Of a stretch of DNA of 64,000 nucleotides, positions 52,677 to 62,744 are shown in pieces (within the stretch, counting starts at the first letter, position 1; each line of letters begins with the position of its first letter). The stretch is from NCBI GenBank assembly GCA_017484225.1, contig JAFUTN010000028.1:6175-70174 (forward strand), in the 5' to 3' direction. The position numbers and the translations under genes are program-made. Under the pieces are notes generated by a model. It was given only the letters and a program-made list of their open reading frames with translations, was not told the DNA's origin and searched no databases. The stretch is from Alphaproteobacteria bacterium. GTDB lineage: Bacteria; Pseudomonadota; Alphaproteobacteria; RF32; CAG-239.

Positions 52677-53582
52677 ATGGAATTGCGTGTTTTAAAATAT
52701 TTTCTGACGGTTGCCAATGAAGGAAATATCACCAATGCGGCAAATACTCTGCATATTACTCAACCGACACTTTCTCGCCAGATAATGGACTTGGAAGAAG
52801 AAATGCACCAAAAATTATTGATTCGCTCAAGTCATAGTGTGTCACTTACTCCTGAAGGTATGGTTTTGCGCAAACGTGCCGAAGAAATTTTGGATATGGT
52901 GGCAAAAGTTAAAGCCGAAGTGCAGGCTCAGAGTGAAGATGTGTCCGGCGATATTTTTATCGGCGGCGGTGAAACGCAGGGAATACGGACCATTGCCGAA
53001 GTTATCGGAATAATGCGCAAAAAGTTTCCGCGGATTCGTTATCATTTTCACAGCGGCAATTCACAAGATGTTTGTGAACGCTTGGATAAAGGTTTGATAG
53101 ATTTTGGAATTTTGCTGCAACCGGCAGATATTACAAAATATGAATACATGAAACTTCCGACCAAAGATGTTTGGGGTGTGGTGATGGCAAATGATATGCC
53201 GTTGGCTGAAAAATCAAAGATTTGCAAAGAAGATTTATTTGAAAAACCGCTAATCTGTTCCAGACAAGTAATCCAAAAAACAGCCATACATAATCAATTT
53301 ATTGAGTGGTTTGGGAGTGATTTTGAAAAATTAAATATCGTTGTCACGTATAATCTTGTTTTTAATGCGGCACTTCTGGCAGAAAAGAAAATAGGCTATC
53401 TGCTGACAATAGATAAATTAATTAATAACATGGATATGCATAATTTGGTCTTCAGACCACTATACCCTTCTTTGGATTTAGGGCTTTTACTGGTGTGGAA
53501 AAAGCATCAGCTGATGTCACCGGCGGCAAATATATTTATGCAGGAGTTGAAAAACCACATTTCCGAATCAAATTATGGATAA
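52677..53582 (+). CDS. LysR family transcriptional regulator
   Basis: MELRVLKYF..VA.EG.IT.AA..LHITQPTLSRQI. Confidence 0.95.
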   Translation: MELRVLKYFLTVANEGNITNAANTLHITQPTLSRQIMDLEEEMHQKLLIRSSHSVSLTPEGMVLRKRAEEILDMVAKVKAEVQAQSEDVSGDIFIGGGETQGIRTIAEVIGIMRKKFPRIRYHFHSGNSQDVCERLDKGLIDFGILLQPADITKYEYMKLPTKDVWGVVMANDMPLAEKSKICKEDLFEKPLICSRQVIQKTAIHNQFIEWFGSDFEKLNIVVTYNLVFNAALLAEKKIGYLLTIDKLINNMDMHNLVFRPLYPSLDLGLLLVWKKHQLMSPAANIFMQELKNHISESNYG

Positions 53583-53657
53583 CTGAGATGTTTGATTGAT
53601 TTTGTTTTTATACATTCCTCTGGCTTTTTTTCCTTAAAAGTAATTATCTGTTTATCC

Positions 53658-54746
53658 TTACCAAAGTTTATGCAGATATTCGGCATTTGCCAAAATGTCG
53701 GCAATACCGAGTTCTCGGCGAAAATATACGATTCCGGCGGCAATTAAACATAAAATTGCAAATGCCAGCAAAGATGACAATATTGCCGGAGATTTTTTCG
53801 GTAAATCAAGATGAATGTTATTGTCTCTGGCATAATTTACGTAAATTCGGCATGCCGAAATCAAATACAACGGGCGGAAAAACAACATTATAACGGCTAA
53901 ACTGAACAACATAGGTATACCTATTAAAAAGTAAAAGTTATATATTCCGTTAGTTTCAGGAAAAATATTTGCCGGAGCGTGTATCATAAAAATAATTGAC
54001 AAGATGTAAGATGAAATACCTATAATCCAGCATATTGCCGAATAGCCGAAACGCAATTTTGCCACATTAACAAATCTCTTTTTGAGCATACCGAGAGAGT
54101 CGCTTCCGGCATCTTTTACGGCTCTTCCGCCGATTATTGCCGGTAAAAATCCGAGAGAAACAAGTTTCCATGCCTGATAAATTAATTCATTACGGATTTT
54201 TGTGCTTAAAGGAGTTTTATCATTTTTTTTCGGCAAACGTTCTAAAATTCGCATTACGGTCCACCAACCGTCAACCCAGCTGAAAAACCATACGGTTTTT
54301 GCATGGTGCATGGCAATTTTCAGGCAATCTAACACCGTTGATTTACGTCCGCTGAATCTGAGCAGAAACGAAGCACAGATACATGATGTCAAAATTCCGA
54401 TAGGGAACGCGGCAACACCCACGCAAATAAAACCCCATGCCAAAACTGCTAAATCAATTAATCCGCCATGTTCCCGGTCTTCTTTTCCCACTTCTTTCCA
54501 AACATCTTCCGGAATCCAATTTAATATCTGTATCCACAAATAATAGCACAAGGCAATAGATACCAGCTGCAAAAGTGCAAACAGAAAATTTTCTTTTTCG
54601 CACAAAATAAATCTCAGAGAACGCACGGATTCGGAAAAGAAACCTCCCAAAGATGCTATTTTATTTGGTCTTTCGTTGTTCTCTAAAACCGTTTTTGCTT
54701 GTTTTTGCAGTTTTTCAAGATAGCCTTTGGAAAGTTTCTCGTCCAT
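53658..54746 (-). CDS. Multi-pass membrane hypothetical protein
   Basis: Several hydrophobic segments; GAGG RBS. Confidence 0.75.
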   Translation of the reverse strand: MDEKLSKGYLEKLQKQAKTVLENNERPNKIASLGGFFSESVRSLRFILCEKENFLFALLQLVSIALCYYLWIQILNWIPEDVWKEVGKEDREHGGLIDLAVLAWGFICVGVAAFPIGILTSCICASFLLRFSGRKSTVLDCLKIAMHHAKTVWFFSWVDGWWTVMRILERLPKKNDKTPLSTKIRNELIYQAWKLVSLGFLPAIIGGRAVKDAGSDSLGMLKKRFVNVAKLRFGYSAICWIIGISSYILSIIFMIHAPANIFPETNGIYNFYFLIGIPMLFSLAVIMLFFRPLYLISACRIYVNYARDNNIHLDLPKKSPAILSSLLAFAILCLIAAGIVYFRRELGIADILANAEYLHKLW

Positions 54747-54766
54747 ATTCAGTCCTCACATAAAAG

Positions 54767-56035
54767 TTAAGCCGTTTTTTTTGTTTTGTGCGAAATTTTT
54801 ATCAATTTAGGGGTGGTTCCGTTTTTTACAACATTCTCATCAATAACAATTTCGGCAATGTCTTTTTTATCCGGAAGTTCATACATCCATTCCATCAAAA
54901 TTTCTTCCATGATAGCACGCAAACCTCTGGCTCCTGTTTTTCTTTCAATAGCTTTTGCCGCGATTGCGCGTAGTGCTTCCGGAGTAATGTTGAGCTTCAC
55001 TTCATCCATTCCGAACAAAGATGAGTATTGGCTTATCAAAGCATTTTTCGGCTCGGTCAAAACCTTAATCAGAGCATCTTCATTCAAATCATCCAAAGTG
55101 GCAATAACCGGCATACGACCGGCAAATTCAGGGATAAGCCCGTATTTAATCAAATCTTCCGGACGAACATCTTTTAATATTTGCCCGATACTTTTTGAAT
55201 CTTTTTCAACATTGGCTCCGAAACCGATGGAGTTGGAACTCTCCGTTCCGTGTTGCTCAACAATTTTTTCCAATCCGGCAAAAGCACCGCCGCAAATAAA
55301 CAAAATATTTGTAGTATCCACATGCAAAAACTCTTGCTGCGGATGTTTGCGTCCGCCTTGCGGTGGCACGTTAGCGACTGTTCCTTCCACAATTTTCAAA
55401 AGGGCTTGTTGCACACCTTCACCGGACACGTCTCTGGTGATTGACGGACCGTCTCCTTTGCGGGAAATTTTATCAATTTCATCAATATAAATGATTCCGC
55501 GTTGAGCTTTTTCTATGTCATAATTTGCATTTTGCACCAATTTCAAAACGATATTTTCCACGTCTTCTCCGACATAACCTGCTTCGGTCAAAGTTGTTGC
55601 ATCGGCAATGGCAAAAGGAACATTTAGAATTTTAGCCAATGTTTGCGCCAACAAAGTTTTTCCGCATCCGGTGGAACCGATTAATATTACGTTGGATTTT
55701 GCAATTTCAACTTCGTCTTTTTTAGGGTTGTTCAAGCGTTTGTAGTGGTTATAAACTGCCACTGACAAAACTTTTTTTGCATAGTCTTGCCCGATAACGT
55801 ATTCATCCAAAAATTGTTTGATTTTTGACGGGGTAGGTAAGCTGTTCATCAGAGGAGTATCAGGATTTGAAGCACTTTCACTTTGAGTCGCAATTTCTTC
55901 TTCCATTATGGTGTGGCAAACGTCAATGCACTCATTACAAATATAAACTCCGCGACCGGCTACCAGTTTTTTTACTTCTTTCTGGCTTTTACCGCAAAAG
56001 GAACAATGCAAAATCTCGTCTTCGGTATTACTCAT
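54767..56035 (-). CDS. clpX: Clp protease ATP-binding subunit
   Basis: CSFCGKSQ Zn finger, [34 protein letters not shown] loop, TGARGLR. Confidence 0.98.
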   Translation of the reverse strand: MSNTEDEILHCSFCGKSQKEVKKLVAGRGVYICNECIDVCHTIMEEEIATQSESASNPDTPLMNSLPTPSKIKQFLDEYVIGQDYAKKVLSVAVYNHYKRLNNPKKDEVEIAKSNVILIGSTGCGKTLLAQTLAKILNVPFAIADATTLTEAGYVGEDVENIVLKLVQNANYDIEKAQRGIIYIDEIDKISRKGDGPSITRDVSGEGVQQALLKIVEGTVANVPPQGGRKHPQQEFLHVDTTNILFICGGAFAGLEKIVEQHGTESSNSIGFGANVEKDSKSIGQILKDVRPEDLIKYGLIPEFAGRMPVIATLDDLNEDALIKVLTEPKNALISQYSSLFGMDEVKLNITPEALRAIAAKAIERKTGARGLRAIMEEILMEWMYELPDKKDIAEIVIDENVVKNGTTPKLIKISHKTKKTA

Positions 56036-56037
56036 TA

Positions 56038-56655
56038 TTATTTTCCTTTCACTTCGGCACGATTGGCAATTATGTGGTCAATGAGTCCGAATTTTAATGC
56101 TTCATCCGGAGTCATAAAATTATCTCTATCCATAGCCTTTTCAATTACGGCAATTTTTTGACCGGTATTTTGAGCATATATGGCATTTAAACGCTTACGC
56201 AAATCTAAAATTAATTTTGCCTGAATTTCAATATCGGCAGCCTGACCTCTGGCACCGCCGGAAGGCTGGTGAATCATAATTTGCGAGTTGGGCAGGGAAT
56301 AGCGTTTTCCTTTCGCGCCGCCGGCGAGCAAAAAAGAGCCCATAGAGCAAGCTTGCCCGATACATATTGTTGCCACATCACATGAAATATATTGCATGGT
56401 ATCGTAAATTGCCATGCCGGAGGTGATAACACCTCCCGGTGAATTGATATAAAGAGAAATATCTTTTTTCGGGTTTTCCGCTTCCAAAAACAACAGCTGA
56501 GCACATACGAGTGCGGAAGATTCGTCATTAACTTCGCCATTTAAAAAGATAATACGCTCTTTTAAAAGTCTTGAAAAAATATCAAATGAACGCTCGCCTT
56601 TAGGGGTTTGTTCAATAACCATAGGCACTAAAGAGTCTGTAATATTTTGTTTCAT
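56038..56655 (-). CDS. clpP: Clp protease proteolytic subunit
   Basis: [38 protein letters not shown]. Confidence 0.98.
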   Translation of the reverse strand: MKQNITDSLVPMVIEQTPKGERSFDIFSRLLKERIIFLNGEVNDESSALVCAQLLFLEAENPKKDISLYINSPGGVITSGMAIYDTMQYISCDVATICIGQACSMGSFLLAGGAKGKRYSLPNSQIMIHQPSGGARGQAADIEIQAKLILDLRKRLNAIYAQNTGQKIAVIEKAMDRDNFMTPDEALKFGLIDHIIANRAEVKGK

Positions 56656-56778
56656 TATTTCTTTCCTTATTGTAATAATGTCAAACTGCCTTCATTGAAC
56701 ACCAATATACTTAATTTTTTATAAAAAAATCAAGTTTTTTCGTTTTTACCGTTTCCGGTATTTGTGGGCATAAAATTT

Positions 56779-58473
56779 TTATTCACATCTTTTTTTCAGG
56801 CGGCTGACATAGCGTTTTGCCATTGCCACTGCTTTATCATAGTTTGATGCGGTAGCAATATCCGAAAGTTGAACATGTGCATTGGCAAATGCCTGATGCA
56901 AAATACGTTTAGGCTGTGTTTTGATGTTGGAGATAATCACTTTGGTGTGATTTTTATGCATTTTTTCAATAAATTCCACAATCAAATTAGCTCCGCTGGC
57001 ATCAATCATTGAAACGTGTCCCATTCGGATAATTACTACATTCGGCCGTGATTCTATATTGCGGAAAAATTGTGAAATTTCAGATACAACGCCGAAAAAC
57101 AGCGGACCGGCTACTCGCACAACCACAATTTTTTTATCCCTTAAATCCTGAGCAACCGCAACATTTATATCTTGAACCATATCTTCCATATTGGCAAGTT
57201 CTATTTCTTTGCTCATACGATGCATGAAAATAACGGCAGCCATAATAAAACCAACGGCGATTGCCGCGCTCAAGTTGACCAAAACCGTGAGCAAAACAGT
57301 GACAATCAGTGTATATCTGTCGCCGGCTTGCGATTTGCATAATCCCCACATTTTATCAAGGTTCAACATATTCCACCCGATAATAACCAAAATCAAAGCC
57401 AAAGAGGCCAACGGAATATATTTTACCAACGGCGAAAGACCAAACATGAAAGCAAATAAAAATACCGATTGCATCATTCCCGAAACCGGAGAATAGGCGT
57501 TGGCACGGTAATTGGTGGCAGTGCGCGCAATCGCACCGGTAGCCGGAAGTCCCATAAAAAATGCCGAACCCATATTAGCCAATCCCTCACCAATCAGCTC
57601 AGCATTCGGATTATGTGCATCACCGCTCATACTATCTACAACTTTTGCACTGAGCAAGGATTCTACGGCAGCCAAAAAAGCAACCGTCAATGCGCTGGCA
57701 AAAACACTTCGGAATAAATCAAAGCTCAACTCCGGCAGTTGCGGCATAGGTAATGTTTTCGGCAAATCACCGTATTTGCTCCCGATTGTTTCTACCGGAA
57801 GATTTAAGCCGACGGCAAGCAATGTTGTTACCACCAAAATTGCCAAATAGACCGGAACTTTAGGTGTAAATTTGCGAATAAAAATATATAATGCCAAGGA
57901 AACAGCACTGATGAGCGCGGAATATAAATTGGAAGCAGGCAGATTTGTAATATACACTATCCATTTATCCGTAAAACCCTTCGGCAGATTTTCCAAGTTC
58001 ATTCCAAACAAGTCTTTAATTTGCGAAGTAATGAGCGTTAAGCCGATACCAGCCGTGAATCCTATCACAACCGGATAAGGAATATATTTTATATAACTTC
58101 CGAGTTTGCATAATCCGGCAATAATCAAGATGATACCGGTCAGCAGCATAGATGCAATCAAACCATTGTATCCGTATCCTTGTAAAACCTCTAAAACCAG
58201 AATGGCAAAAGCACCGGTCGGTCCGCCGATTTGGTAACGGCTACCGCCGCATAATGCAATAATAAAACCGGCAACAATAGCCGTATATAATCCTTGTGCC
58301 GGTGATAATCCGCTGGCAATAGCCAAAGCCATTGCCAAAGGCAGCGAAACAATACTTACGGTTAAACCGGAAATACAGTCTCGCCGAAAATTGTTAAGTG
58401 AGTATCCCTGACTTATTATTTCCACCGATTTCGGCATATAATCTTTTTTAATTTTATTCCATAGTCCTTGCAT
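56779..58473 (-). CDS. SulP family anion transporter with STAS domain
   Basis: LPLAMALAIASG, GLYTAI, QIGGPTGAF, ESLLSA.V.D, GPLFFG, IDASG. Confidence 0.93.
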   Translation of the reverse strand: MQGLWNKIKKDYMPKSVEIISQGYSLNNFRRDCISGLTVSIVSLPLAMALAIASGLSPAQGLYTAIVAGFIIALCGGSRYQIGGPTGAFAILVLEVLQGYGYNGLIASMLLTGIILIIAGLCKLGSYIKYIPYPVVIGFTAGIGLTLITSQIKDLFGMNLENLPKGFTDKWIVYITNLPASNLYSALISAVSLALYIFIRKFTPKVPVYLAILVVTTLLAVGLNLPVETIGSKYGDLPKTLPMPQLPELSFDLFRSVFASALTVAFLAAVESLLSAKVVDSMSGDAHNPNAELIGEGLANMGSAFFMGLPATGAIARTATNYRANAYSPVSGMMQSVFLFAFMFGLSPLVKYIPLASLALILVIIGWNMLNLDKMWGLCKSQAGDRYTLIVTVLLTVLVNLSAAIAVGFIMAAVIFMHRMSKEIELANMEDMVQDINVAVAQDLRDKKIVVVRVAGPLFFGVVSEISQFFRNIESRPNVVIIRMGHVSMIDASGANLIVEFIEKMHKNHTKVIISNIKTQPKRILHQAFANAHVQLSDIATASNYDKAVAMAKRYVSRLKKRCE

Positions 58474-58764
58474 TTTTTTATTCCTCTCTTTGATTCGCCG
58501 TAAAATAGCGGCAAATGTTTAAGAAATAAATAAAAATTCAGATTAATTTTTTTTAAGACAATGAAAATAAAAAAAATCACCTCCATAACCCAAGGATAAT
58601 TCCATTGTATCATAAAAGTCAGCAGTAAAGCCGGCTCCAACCTCATTATTCCGCCATATTTTTTAGTTTTTTTATGTTCCGCAAATGTTCTGTAATTGTC
58701 AACCGGCAACTAACGTTCTATTAATTTGACCGGTTTTGAAAACATTTTTTGGAGATTTTTTATC

Positions 58765-59364
58765 ATGACTACAATAGGTTACATCAGGGTTAGTTCAAAT
58801 AAACAAACACTTGAACATCAACGTTTTGAAATAGAAAATTTTGCCCGCAAAGAAGGCCTAAAAATAGATAAATGGGTAGAGGAAAAAATATCTTCCCGAA
58901 AAGCTTTAGATAAACGCAAACTCGGGGAATTGCTCTATAATTTGCAAGAAAATGATATACTGATAACTTGCGAAATATCGCGCTTAGGTCGTTCGCTGCT
59001 TGAAGTTATGAAGATTTTAGAAACCTGCCTAAACAAGAATTGTCAAGTCTGGACATTGAAAGAGAATTACCGTCTTGGTAATGATATACAAAGTAAAGTG
59101 CTTGCTTTTGCCTTCGGTTTAGCGGCCGAAATTGAAAGACAACTTATTTCCGAACGAACCAAATCAAGTTTGGCAAATATCAAGGCACAAGGTAAAAAAC
59201 TCGGGCGTCCGTATAATTCTCAAACAAAAAATCTCAGACTTGCCAAAAATCAAAAACAGATACAAAAGTTGCTGGCGCAAGGAATATCAAAATCAAAAAT
59301 TGCAAAACTCTTTGGTGTTGAACGTGCCACTTTGAGAAAATATTTGCTCCGATTAATGACATAA
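58765..59364 (+). CDS. Serine recombinase, resolvase/invertase (Mpi-like) family
   Basis: GYIRVSS..Q, EISRLGRSL, SKVLAFAFGLAAEIER.LISERTK, LGRP, C-terminal HTH; GGAG RBS. Confidence 0.92.
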   Translation: MTTIGYIRVSSNKQTLEHQRFEIENFARKEGLKIDKWVEEKISSRKALDKRKLGELLYNLQENDILITCEISRLGRSLLEVMKILETCLNKNCQVWTLKENYRLGNDIQSKVLAFAFGLAAEIERQLISERTKSSLANIKAQGKKLGRPYNSQTKNLRLAKNQKQIQKLLAQGISKSKIAKLFGVERATLRKYLLRLMT

Positions 59365-59598
59365 ACAAAAAAAATTATACAAACTTTTATAGAAAAGAAG
59401 TTGACAAAATATTTTTTTATAATACTCTGAAAGAGCTTATGTATAATGATGGTAATTTATTATGTGATTACGCAGATACAGCTCGTTAGAAATAAGTAAA
59501 TTGCTTGTCTGTTTATCTAAAATAATACAGAGTTCCCCTTGCAGTTTTATCAAATTTACTCCGAGGTGAACCGGAGCGCTTTTAAAATTTTTTCTGCT

Positions 59599-59715
59599 AT
59601 GGATGCTAAAAAGATGAGCAAGAAGGAAGCCCTTCTTAACTTTTTGAGGGAGAGGAAAGCCAACTATGAGTATCTTTTCACACTCCTTGACATTAGAAAC
59701 AAGCAGCTGGCGTAG
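59599..59715 (+). CDS. Candidate 38-aa small protein
   Basis: MDAKKMSKKEALLNFLRERKANYEYLFTLLDIRNKQLA with a double stop, an upstream TTGACA box and a terminator just after. Confidence 0.45.
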   Translation: MDAKKMSKKEALLNFLRERKANYEYLFTLLDIRNKQLA

Positions 59716-59727
59716 TAAATACTTGAC

Positions 59728-59757
59728 AAAAAAGCCACCATTTTCGGTGGCTTTTTT
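59728..59757 (+). terminator. Intrinsic terminator
   Basis: AAAAAAGCCACC-N6-GGTGGCTTTTTT. Confidence 0.85.
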
Positions 59758-60147
59758 GTTTTAATTGGAGAAAAGCAACGGGGTCCACTCCGTTTTTTGT
59801 AAAAGCATTGATTTTACTTGCTTTTGCACTTTGCTTGGGGTTTGGTTTCAACCAAATGCATCACAGTATGCATCACACTTAAGCCTTTAAATATATTATA
59901 AGGCGAATTTTACAAAATGTACACGTTTTTATTCAACGTCGTACAAAAAATATGGTTTTAAAAATGTAATTTTTTTCTTTCGTAAATTCAAATAGTTAGA
60001 CGAAAAATTTTCTTCGTCTGAAAAATAATTTTAAAAAGCCCTGATTTTTTAAAGTTCTAATATTCAGGAGCTGATTTTTTCATCCCCTCTCGCAATGAGG
60101 CGAGTAATAAATTTTATTAAAAACTTTTTTATAAGGAATAACACACA

Positions 60148-61244
60148 ATGTTAAATCCAATAAAAAAATAATCGGGTATTTTCAAAAACCGAAAGAACCG
60201 ATTTATTACACTTCTCTTTTCCAGTCTTGTGGAATTGGGGAGTACTACTTGAAAGATAACCTTGGTCTTGTTGGTTCTGTCAGCAACGAAATTGTGCCAC
60301 AAAGAGCTAAATGGGCGCAAGAACTTTATCCTGAATGTAAAGTCGTCTGTGGCGACATTTGGGATAAAGATGTCTTTGAGAAGCTCGTACAACTTCATAA
60401 AGAAAAAGGTTGTACTGGCGTTATGGCGAGTCCAGCATGCCAGTCGTACACATTAAGCAACTCAAGACGTAACCCGTCTGATAAGCGTGGACATCTTTTT
60501 GAACCGACACTTGAGTTTATAAAGTACACAGTTCCTGAGTGGATTCTCATTGAGAATGTGCTTCAAATGCTAGTCGTCAAACTGGATGACGGTCGTATCG
60601 TTGGAGAATACATCGTTGAAGAACTTAGAAAAATGGGCTATATCGTACATTATGGTGTACAGAATGCAGCAAATTTTTTCGTTCCTCAAAACCGTCGTCG
60701 CGCAATTATTTTAGCTCGTAAGGCTAAGGCATGGGAGTTGCCAACGCTTTTTGACGAGATAATCACGCTTGAAGACGCTATTGGAGATTTACCATCAATT
60801 GAGTGTGGTGAAGATAGCGGGATTAAATATCATGTTGCACTGATGTGGGCATTACCTCAAATCGAGGTCATGAAACATACTCCGACCGGTTGTTCGGCTC
60901 ACGACAATCCAGTATGGAAACCGGTTAATGTCGACGGTACCCCAAGCAAAGCAAAGTTCCACTGTAGCTTTCAGAGAAAGGTTTGGAATGAACCCTGTAA
61001 CACAATTCTTTGTGATTCAAAGGGAGTGTCTGGTTTTCGTAATTGTCATCCGGGAAGATTACTGCCGGATGGTACATACAGTGATGCAAGACCTTTAACC
61101 GTGCTCTAATTACTGCGTGTAACTGGATTACCTGACGATTATCCGATACCAACATGGGCAAGCGATAAGCTTATTCGTGATGCGTTTGGTGAATGCTTTG
61201 CTCCGCTGCATGTACTCGCCATAATGAAAGGTCTTTTTGACTAA
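60148..61244 (+). pseudogene. Disrupted DNA cytosine-5 methyltransferase (M.HgaI-like)
   Basis: Motifs SLFQSCGIGE, SPACQ, ENV, PQ.R.R and AR.LT..(E)..R.TGLPD; frameshift in A7 at 60162-60168 and an in-frame TAA at 61107-61109. Confidence 0.85.
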
Positions 61245-61377
61245 TCATAACCTAAATCGAGTTAAAGGTGTCGGTATTTTCGGGTATCGGCACCTTTTAT
61301 TATGACATGCTCACAAATATAAGAACACATCCGACAAATAAAAACCACTCAAAACCGGATTAAATCGTTATTCAAGC

Positions 61378-62421
61378 TTAAAAATATTTCTTTACAGCCT
61401 GTTTATATTGATCCAAGAACAACTTTTTGAAATACGTCGCGTTATTTTGCTCATAAAACATGATGATTGCTTTTTTGTACTCAACTTCATCAACGCTGCG
61501 ATACGACAACGGACAGTAGTCATTGGCAAGTAACAATGCATTGCCTAAAATACGCGATGTGCGTTTGTTACCATCTTCAAAAGGCTGAATATAAGCAATC
61601 ATTAAAACTGCAATTAAAGCTTTTTCGATCGGATTTTCCGTCCGGTTAATCACTTCAATCAAAGCTTGTAACGCATCTTTAATTTGATAAGCATTGTCCA
61701 ACGGCTTGTAATTTGTCCCGACGATTCCGACCTTGCCGTTACGAATCCCGGTTGCGACATTCAAATCAGAAACGAGCAAGCGGTGGATGTCTTCTATTTT
61801 TGTAATATTAAGCTGTTTATACTGTTCCGGAGCTTTTAGTACAAAATCCAACGCTTTTTTATGGTTTAATACCATATTGGTTTCTTCCAAAGTCTTACCT
61901 TTAGCCGATACATGCTCTTTCAACAAGCGCTCTGTATCAAGTAAAGTGTAGGTATTTCCTTCGATTTTTGATGATTTCCAAGCAAGCTCAACTGTCAAAC
62001 GCTCAAATTCTTTTTGTAATAACTTCGGAGAAAGTCCGGATTTTTTGCTTAAATATGCTTCGTTTAACTCTTTAAGCTCTGCCTTTTCTTTATCACTTAA
62101 AAGATTTTTCAGACCGGCATATATATCAAAGTTAAAATGAATGTCTTGAGGCGCACGTTCATCCTGATCATGCATAAAGTATGTTTCAACGTCTATCTTT
62201 CCCAAAACATCAAGACGTTTTAAAGCTTTATAGACCGTAGCCTTTGCTGAACCGAACTTTTCAACCAATCCGTCATTTATCAACATTTTTAAGTCACGAG
62301 TTATGGTCATTTTCGTAACATCTTGATTCATCGCGGATAAAAATTTTTCAATATCTTCCCGCTTGCATGACGGATTATCCTTGATAAAATCTAAAATCAG
62401 TTCCTGACGCTTATTATACAT
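61378..62421 (-). CDS. Fic family protein with N-terminal wHTH
   Basis: T..RDL..L HTH, SSKIEGNT, Fic motif QPFEDGNKRTSR; GGAG RBS before ATG 62421. Confidence 0.9.
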   Translation of the reverse strand: MYNKRQELILDFIKDNPSCKREDIEKFLSAMNQDVTKMTITRDLKMLINDGLVEKFGSAKATVYKALKRLDVLGKIDVETYFMHDQDERAPQDIHFNFDIYAGLKNLLSDKEKAELKELNEAYLSKKSGLSPKLLQKEFERLTVELAWKSSKIEGNTYTLLDTERLLKEHVSAKGKTLEETNMVLNHKKALDFVLKAPEQYKQLNITKIEDIHRLLVSDLNVATGIRNGKVGIVGTNYKPLDNAYQIKDALQALIEVINRTENPIEKALIAVLMIAYIQPFEDGNKRTSRILGNALLLANDYCPLSYRSVDEVEYKKAIIMFYEQNNATYFKKLFLDQYKQAVKKYF

Positions 62422-62431
62422 ATTTTGCTCC

Positions 62432-62483
62432 AATCGTAACATTTTTATAGCTGAATCGTAACATTTTTGTTACGATTAGTCAA
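62432..62483 (-). promoter_or_regulatory. Fic promoter with operator repeats
   Basis: TTGACT-N17-TACGAT overlapped by three AATCGTAACA copies (62432, 62454, inverted 62468). Confidence 0.7.
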
Positions 62484-62744
62484 ATTATTTTTTTATTTTT
62501 GCAATATTATATTGGAGAAAAACAAGTAAATTACTAGTGAATAGCCAATTGAAACGCTTATTACGCGCGTGTGATAAATGACAAGTACATTTTTTAGTAC
62601 GATTCACCATTCATAATAAATAGCTAACAAATATACAATTGAGCCAGAAATCACCCCATAACAAGCGATTTTGAATTTTGTAATAAAATACTGACTTCAA
62701 ATCGTTGTTATGGGGTTAAAAAATTAGCTTTTGGTAATTCATAT

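Noticed and set aside
59599-59718. tmRNA tag-like ending (QLA, double stop)
   Set aside because: No tRNA-like ends or ANDN-type resume sequence are visible.
59878-59912. Palindrome considered as a dif site
   Set aside because: No convincing XerD arm (TTATGTTAAAT-like); kept only as part of the island-end signature.
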